Shown one piece after another: positions 58,601 to 64,000 of a stretch of 64,000 bases of DNA (position 1 is the first letter of the stretch; each line of letters starts with the position of its first letter). Location: IMG/VR virus record IMGVR_UViG_3300008255_004085. The stretch is one strand, 5' to 3'. A model generated the notes under the pieces. It was not told the origin of the DNA. It made no database searches and worked only from the letters and a program-made list of their open reading frames with translations. A program made the translations under genes and the position numbers. The stretch is from an uncultured virus (IMG/VR IMGVR_UViG_3300008255_004085) (lineage: Duplodnaviria > Heunggongvirae > Uroviricota > Caudoviricetes).

Positions 58601-59707
58601 TAATGAGACATTATATTCATCAATAGCTGTTTGGAATTCTGTTTTTGTATCCCATTTAACAAAATCAGAGGCAGCAGAACTAGCTAAATATCCTAAAATT
58701 CTATTATTGTCATAATCTATAGTTGCAGTAGTTGCGTCTAAATCAATCCAATCAGAATTATACTCATCTGTATTTGGTGGCAACCCAGGGACAAAAACAA
58801 TTAGGTTTAGAAGTGTGTTATCAATTGTAGAATAGATATGTTTTAACATTAAAACTAATTGAATTTGATTAGCGATTGAGACATCTCCAAGATAATTATC
58901 TTGATTTAAATTTATAGCTAAAAGTAAAGTGTCGATATCACTATGGCTAAGAATTCCTATGCCTTCAAGATCGTTGTGATCAAAAGTTGGAAGTCTATCT
59001 TGATTTATCTTTCCTTTTTTAATTAAACTAGCATCTATCCAATCAATATAATCTCCTGAAAGTTTTCCTGTAACATGCCGATAAAGATTTATTTTTGAGG
59101 GATTGTTTGCTCCTCCGACGTGGATATGGTTTTTGATGAAATAAGATAGGTTGTCGAATAATGTTATTTCATCTCTGAATTCATAAGTTGGATCATCATC
59201 AATTGTAGTATAAATATTTCCTAAATCATCTTCAACTTGTTTTACTAAAATTTCGCCTATGATGATTAAACCACCAGGACTTAATTCTGATTCTCCTTGG
59301 GAGGTATATTGAAAATTATAATCTGAATAGCTTAATTTATTAGGTGAAACAAAAAAGTCAACTGATCTATCTATATGTGTGTTTATGGTTTCTTTTGCAT
59401 ATACATAGAATGTTAATCCATTATCAGGAAAAGTAATATCCGGTGGGGTTTCAACAACGATAGCGGTGTTATTTATTGTAACAGCAGATTTAAATCCTAT
59501 GTGGCCTGTTCCTGGTGTAATATAAATTGTTGTGTTGCTAGATTTTCTTATCTCCCATCCAGTTAAAACACCATTCCCAAACAAAGAATACAATTCAAAA
59601 AGCTGTGTTTCTAATGCGGCCCATCTTTTAAACTCTTCGTTAACGCAAGCAGATGTGTCTTGACCAGCTTCAAGATAAAATAATCTATAAATATCAGTAA
59701 AAGCCAT
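55697..59707 (-). CDS. Large (1336 aa) putative structural protein with NHL/PQQ-like propeller blades
   Basis: HPTQVEKLDNGNYLISDTGNDRVIE, PIDAYKLSNGNILV; N-terminus paralogous to the 3055-aa protein; GDFDDDGNAD Ca-loop-like motif. Confidence 0.68.
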   Translation of the reverse strand: MAFTDIYRLFYLEAGQDTSACVNEEFKRWAALETQLFELYSLFGNGVLTGWEIRKSSNTTIYITPGTGHIGFKSAVTINNTAIVVETPPDITFPDNGLTFYVYAKETINTHIDRSVDFFVSPNKLSYSDYNFQYTSQGESELSPGGLIIIGEILVKQVEDDLGNIYTTIDDDPTYEFRDEITLFDNLSYFIKNHIHVGGANNPSKINLYRHVTGKLSGDYIDWIDASLIKKGKINQDRLPTFDHNDLEGIGILSHSDIDTLLLAINLNQDNYLGDVSIANQIQLVLMLKHIYSTIDNTLLNLIVFVPGLPPNTDEYNSDWIDLDATTATIDYDNNRILGYLASSAASDFVKWDTKTEFQTAIDEYNVSLSDYKDSDLNPNDLITRSENISLDDDGVISIEKTIDFSSVFSKTDSADWFSSVQIISNNSSRSDGNFTVNYDIGYFTFRFFYLPGTTTIDSQDWRISSKLEFSFELSEESQSDHGDIYMFLIGSVPSDFDSTNSNLVAFETSGGTDKIVVQDGVKILDQGSVTDEPRFTSVDLQQFSDLSSISGIGFYTRTSSGWDPEVPFQFVVTRPDAGDMSTSIYDYISSADPTENILIYRYNDSLFQESGYLKLRFTTNQLTNWTRIIYDSLIPAYSGYGVDPNITIFTRTADTEDGLSSARAIYIEPHETDPGTYVLNQSNSYWIEVQINLIASGNRLVTPTFSSLTLHYTLASGSNLKAWNTYSTWQNYDEILNINLIDGTSDYIELEKYSNVNSRHFIEGNVVKTIDKNDEKIVDYTFDGFDFPISPIQAFFKLGSGLIHPTQVEKLDNGNYLISDTGNDRVIEMTSAGQIYKIFQGNSYLPLKLRDLVVLTASYNSRLGQVAITFSQMVELAKFDFDKVKLMTENGTNQILLNETNSEISIIGSALHNNLVDLDDDEFTDPSNSSQIEAGTQKQKNRATIIPGIGKSGSNSSLQTIIGSIVLFDLTSESKARVEAWGSGDLIIQLDNGAYVPTGGEVKSLSSASAQSIESAPSAQWFEEETDTSSSNFGSTSGEHGATEFVNNYNPFIFSTETDSLIEAYPNGSYSSTQLISSSTVNFYGLLPYLSYASGTSTVYLTEPRYNVPWILMRMSGLYTPTQIDDFNQLYSDLELSDDEWVRLGDFDDDGNADSTVLIDTQSNDFNLEVSVQRADIIYWDILHPVSVIKESESRYVIAQANKHSIVSLTTDGIKAWSVLDTSTTFSIGEFGSARLLSDGNLIASLPSLNLIVEIDPEQEQIIKSISTKYSPIDAYKLSNGNILVLISQKTPEGLNSRAYIFDSTTNVVWDYGLGRLKLPTGVSILSNDHVLISC

Positions 59708-59709
59708 TT

Positions 59710-60021
59710 TTAATTATCTCCAAACCTTTTTATAATTTGGTCCCTATCAGATGTCCCTGTTTTATCTCCTGTTATTTTATGAACTCCCCAAGTAGAAACA
59801 CCCCAAACAAAATGTTGATCATAATCGAATCTTGAAAAGCCTTCAGATAAAGCAGTGCCATTTGGGTAAAGTCTAAGTGGTCTATTAGTTTTAATCATTA
59901 ATCTATTGATAGATTCACTTCTAGCTATTTCTGATTGTGCTACATTAGAAGCTATGGTCTCACTTTCTTTTGTTATAGTTTTTATTAATTTTCTTTTAGC
60001 TTCTTTTGTTTTTTGATCCAT
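59710..60021 (-). CDS. Small hypothetical protein (WGxxxWG motif)
   Basis: Tightly packed between neighbours; FVWGVSTWG. Confidence 0.65.
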   Translation of the reverse strand: MDQKTKEAKRKLIKTITKESETIASNVAQSEIARSESINRLMIKTNRPLRLYPNGTALSEGFSRFDYDQHFVWGVSTWGVHKITGDKTGTSDRDQIIKRFGDN

Positions 60022-60026
60022 TTTAA

Positions 60027-63000
60027 TTATCCTGTTATCATGTTAGATGATGCCTCTGAAATAGATGGTTTTAATAATTCATATTCATAATTAGTAGTCA
60101 AATTATTCCCAGATTCAGCGTCCCATGAAATATCTGTCTGTCTCAAAATAATTGCATTGCTTTGCATATTTGTAAATGGAATGTTAATAGCACGATAAGT
60201 AAAACCAGCTCCTCCACCTTCGCTTACATATGATGCCGGCAAACCATATTCAGTGTATGAAACAGTCATAGAATTCAAAAATTGATTTTGTCTTTCCATA
60301 AGAGCTTTTAGAACATTTATTTCTCCTCTTTCTGTTAATACTCCTTTAACATTAATATCTTTCTCACTTCTGAACCCTGTGATTGCAGGAGTTGAAAGCA
60401 TACCCATTGGCACCCAGATAGGTATTTGTCTCCATCTATCTTCTGAAATGATGTAATTTTGATAATTCATATCTGTGTTATCAAAACTAACTCTAAAACT
60501 ATCTCTTTGTAATGGTTTATTTTTATTGTGTGCGTCAAAATAATTAAATGTAAACATTGAAGATGCTTCAAAAGCATTTCTATAACCACCTGTTAATGCC
60601 GGTAAAACATGCTTCAAATCATAAGCATTTCTATAACTAATTTCTGGATTTTTAATACCTCCAGACCAATAAAAGACAGGATATTGATAAGCAAACAAAA
60701 CACCTAATGCACGTTGAAGATTATTATTAAGATCTTCATTGAATGATATTTCTTTGGTTTTTGTATCAGTTGCAATCCATCTACCTATTCTTGGCACTGA
60801 TTGAATGTTGCCTTGAACATTAAAAACAGAATAATTCATTGGCAATCCAAGCCTACCAAGAATGTATGGAACAGCTAAATGGACAAGCCATCCATCAACA
60901 GGGTGATCAGCCGGATATTTTAATTTTGACAATAAATAAGAAACTGGATCTTGGATTTTTAATGTCATCACAGCACCATGCCCTGTTATTTGGTAATCAC
61001 TTGATGTAACAAACCCTGAAAAATTAACGCTTTTGCCAGCTAAACTTTTAACAGAAAAATCAACCCACCCCTGTGATCCTATTGTAAATCCTTGTTGCCT
61101 TATAAAATCTATAACTTTTGAACTAGGATTAACAATTTTTATTGTAGCAGTTCGTGTTATAACTGGACAACTAAGAGAAGATGTAATATTAAAACTTGAG
61201 ACACTATCAGAATCAACTTCAACAGAAGATGTTCTATCTGATTGATTAAATCTACTTTCAGAACCATAATAATTAGAATAATCTCCTGATGATAAAGCAG
61301 AAGGCAAAGAGGCACCTCCGCTTAATTTACCTTTTATTTTGGAGACCCAAGCTGTATAACTCATTTCTGGCCAAATAGTTAATAATTGGCTATTTTGATA
61401 AGCATGAGCCCAAACTGCAACTGTCGGAACTTGCAAACGATTATAAACAGGAAGGGTGTTGCCGAAAGATGGTGAATCATACAATCCCCTGTTTTGAATT
61501 TGTTGTATCCCAAAAGTTTCAGATAATGAAGAACCACCTAGATCGCTGGTTTCAAAACCATCACCAATGGGGCCTTGCAAAAAAGATCCCTCGATTTCAG
61601 CAGATGTTTCCCAAACAGCACCGCCATTCACAGGGAGATTTGATGCTGTTAATTTTTCATTTAAAGTAGCAGTATGAAGTGAAATTATCATTCCTCCTCT
61701 TGGATCTGAAATAGCATCAGGGTATCTTGTAACAGAGGTATCTTTTGTGAACAATTCATCTGTCGAATTGTTAATTAAAGTATTAAAACTATATCCTATT
61801 TCACCTTTTGCATATGGTGTCGTTTTCTCAATTGGATCGTTCCCAGACATAATGAAATTTTTAAGAACAGAACCGCTGAAAAGGTGGGTATAATGATGCC
61901 TAAACATTATCATTCTTGAATTCCAGCTTTGATAACAAATTGGACCAGCATCAAAAATCCCATTACAATTTGTTGCTAGAATTTTGAAACTTCCCTTCAT
62001 AGCACAATAAGAACTTGTTCCTAATTGTGGGACACTATTTAAACCTTCGTTATTTCTTGAAACACCCATTTGAGGTGCTATTATGGCATTGATGGTCTCA
62101 CCTGAAACATCTGTTCTAATTTCTCCAACATCGCCAAGAGCCTGAAATGAAAGAGCAACACCATTAACATCTGTCGCTTTTAATGGATTTTTCCCAGTTA
62201 CAGTGTTAATATAATAATTAGAAATATTTGAAACATTTAAATCTAAAATCCCAAGAAATGCTCTATTCGCATCTCTAATTGCATCAAAAATTGTTTTAGA
62301 TCCAATTTCAGAAGATCCTAAAACTTTTGCATTCATTGCAAGATATCTATTTGCATTTGTAGCTCTAACGGGGAATGTTATTTGTGGCGGTTTGGATGGG
62401 CTTAAAATAATTTGAGCGCCTTTTACTGCATCACCATCGATTAGGAGTCCATTACCAAGAATTATCATAACTGTTGGAAAACCAGAGCGAAAAGCACTTA
62501 CTGAATTTATTCCTGTAATATCAATTTTTAGTCTAAATGGAGCATTAATCCCAGAGGAATATTCTTTACCAGTTTTTGTTCTAAACAGAGCGACCCCTTC
62601 TAATTTTTGTGCAGCACTCATGTATGCTTTATCGAACCCAGATTTTTGAGGATCTATCCCTGTTATTTTTTCAAAGAATTCAGAATCTCTATAGCTTCCC
62701 ATAAAAATCCACATTGAATTTGGATCAATCTTAAAATAATCATTATCAACCTTGTATATTTTAAGAAAAGTTCCACGAGCAAACCAAGTTATTCTATTCC
62801 CTTCTGGGTTATTTTGTTGTTTAATATATCCGTCAGAGAATAAAGAACTTGGAGTTATTGGGCCTTGATTAAAAATATATCTTGATGATGCAGACCCTCT
62901 GATTCCAGATTTTGTGTTAAAATCCCAAATATTATTTGTTTCATAAATATGTTGTCTAAATATTTCTTTTTGTCCATCTGTGCTATTATCTTTACCAACA

Positions 63001-63530
63001 ACATTAGGTGGTAAAGACATGTGGTGATGAGGAATGTAGACATTGTTTGTTCCTGCACCAGATTCGATACCTGGGACAAATGAGCCAAGAGCGACATTGA
63101 ACCCTCCCCCTGGGTCTTTGAGCGCATTTGAAAAGAAATCTCCAAGATCTTGATAGAATGAAATATCTGGACCATACAAAGTTGGATTTTGAATATCTGT
63201 GGGACATTTAATTAAATCTGCTTCTGAATAAAAATATCCATTTGGTGAAGCGCCATAGACAAAGGTGTGTTGTGGAGCGCCAGGGATAAGATTGATTGGA
63301 AGTCTTTTTCCAGTTCTCATCCTATTTTCACCGATGCTAAAATCTCCTGGTTCAACTTCATCTGCACTTGGACCAGTGTATCCAACAGAAGATGCTGAAT
63401 ATTGGGGATCATCATCACTTCCAACATCTGTTGGGCAATGAGACAAATCTTGTCTTGATTTAAGATCAACCAATCTTAAATTTAAGTTTAGTGAAGCTAT
63501 TTCATTTTCATAGATGTAAGGCGATGGCAC
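60027..63530 (-). CDS. Large (1167 aa) protein, possible baseplate-hub-like C-terminal region
   Basis: RTATIKIVNP...FSGFV...MTLKIQDPVSYL resembles phage tail hub proteins; the ORF is solid but the function is tentative. Confidence 0.5.
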   Translation of the reverse strand: MPSPYIYENEIASLNLNLRLVDLKSRQDLSHCPTDVGSDDDPQYSASSVGYTGPSADEVEPGDFSIGENRMRTGKRLPINLIPGAPQHTFVYGASPNGYFYSEADLIKCPTDIQNPTLYGPDISFYQDLGDFFSNALKDPGGGFNVALGSFVPGIESGAGTNNVYIPHHHMSLPPNVVGKDNSTDGQKEIFRQHIYETNNIWDFNTKSGIRGSASSRYIFNQGPITPSSLFSDGYIKQQNNPEGNRITWFARGTFLKIYKVDNDYFKIDPNSMWIFMGSYRDSEFFEKITGIDPQKSGFDKAYMSAAQKLEGVALFRTKTGKEYSSGINAPFRLKIDITGINSVSAFRSGFPTVMIILGNGLLIDGDAVKGAQIILSPSKPPQITFPVRATNANRYLAMNAKVLGSSEIGSKTIFDAIRDANRAFLGILDLNVSNISNYYINTVTGKNPLKATDVNGVALSFQALGDVGEIRTDVSGETINAIIAPQMGVSRNNEGLNSVPQLGTSSYCAMKGSFKILATNCNGIFDAGPICYQSWNSRMIMFRHHYTHLFSGSVLKNFIMSGNDPIEKTTPYAKGEIGYSFNTLINNSTDELFTKDTSVTRYPDAISDPRGGMIISLHTATLNEKLTASNLPVNGGAVWETSAEIEGSFLQGPIGDGFETSDLGGSSLSETFGIQQIQNRGLYDSPSFGNTLPVYNRLQVPTVAVWAHAYQNSQLLTIWPEMSYTAWVSKIKGKLSGGASLPSALSSGDYSNYYGSESRFNQSDRTSSVEVDSDSVSSFNITSSLSCPVITRTATIKIVNPSSKVIDFIRQQGFTIGSQGWVDFSVKSLAGKSVNFSGFVTSSDYQITGHGAVMTLKIQDPVSYLLSKLKYPADHPVDGWLVHLAVPYILGRLGLPMNYSVFNVQGNIQSVPRIGRWIATDTKTKEISFNEDLNNNLQRALGVLFAYQYPVFYWSGGIKNPEISYRNAYDLKHVLPALTGGYRNAFEASSMFTFNYFDAHNKNKPLQRDSFRVSFDNTDMNYQNYIISEDRWRQIPIWVPMGMLSTPAITGFRSEKDINVKGVLTERGEINVLKALMERQNQFLNSMTVSYTEYGLPASYVSEGGGAGFTYRAINIPFTNMQSNAIILRQTDISWDAESGNNLTTNYEYELLKPSISEASSNMITG

Positions 63531-63544
63531 TTTTTATCTCCTAG

Positions 63545-64000
63545 CTATAACAGAATTAAGGTATTAGGGAAGTTTTCTTCCACTCCAACATTTTCTAAAT
63601 TTATAGGACAAAAACTTATTGAATTTTGTGAACTATAAAAACATGTTATTAAATTACCATCTCTATGGATGTTTAAAGTCGGTTTTTGCTTATTTTGATC
63701 AATTGCATATTCTCTATTCCCGAATTTAACATGAACAAACGGTGGTTCTACTGCTTCCCAATCTGGGTTATAAAATCTATTATAAGTCTCTAATTTACTC
63801 TTTTGAGGATCTGGATATTTAACTTTCACGCTATCTTCTCTTGCTTTTTTCCCACTATAAGCTTTCAACAAGGTTGCGGCTGGAGATTCGTCTCCTGGTT
63901 TTGGCGTAGGTGCATTTGTCTTGTTGAATTCTAATATTCTTTCAACTGGCCCAGCAACTATAAATATTTCTGAGATTTCTAATGGTTCCCAAAAGAACCT
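63545..64000 (-). CDS. Hypothetical protein, 5'-truncated by window edge
   Basis: Frame stays open from 64000 (RFFWEPLEIS...) into the listed 63545..63871 ORF. Confidence 0.65.
   Translation of the reverse strand, partial: RFFWEPLEISEIFIVAGPVERILEFNKTNAPTPKPGDESPAATLLKAYSGKKAREDSVKVKYPDPQKSKLETYNRFYNPDWEAVEPPFVHVKFGNREYAIDQNKQKPTLNIHRDGNLITCFYSSQNSISFCPINLENVGVEENFPNTLILL

Noticed and set aside
790..63207. Many 60-113 aa ORFs nested in or antisense to long genes
   Set aside because: Shadow frames of well-supported CDSs with no recognisable motifs
1..64000. Stop-codon reassignment as seen in some large phages
   Set aside because: ORFs up to 9.8 kb are intact in the standard code, and TAA, TAG and TGA all end tightly packed genes

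Overview
AT-rich, gene-dense window read in the standard code. All substantial genes lie on the minus strand except two at the left edge. No housekeeping, capsid, terminase or replication genes are visible. The content best fits the tail/baseplate region of a very large (jumbo/huge) phage; this is inferred, not proven. It encodes giant proteins with no visible signal peptide (3259, 3055, 1336, 1167 and 1021 aa), with beta-propeller/Asp-box, FN3-like, Ig-like and VWA modules. It also encodes three paralogous fibre-like proteins, two carrying 14 and 21 RCC1 blades. Interleaved in the same orientation is a large cytoplasmic modification kit: 8 glycosyltransferases (three GT9, one GT8-like/GT9 fusion, three GT2-like, one GT4-like), 3 sulfotransferases, an APS kinase-HxGH nucleotidyltransferase fusion, a pyruvyltransferase, a WbdD-like methyltransferase-kinase and Methyltransf_24-type enzymes. 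The best candidate for a new system is phage-encoded decoration of virion proteins by glycosylation, sulfation, pyruvylation and methylation, with its own PAPS supply. Also present: a truncated TnpB-related fragment, a GC-rich tRNA-like/hairpin spacer, an orphan DNA methyltransferase, a very AT-rich island, and several nested domain insertions. All family calls are by-eye motif recognition; no searches were run.
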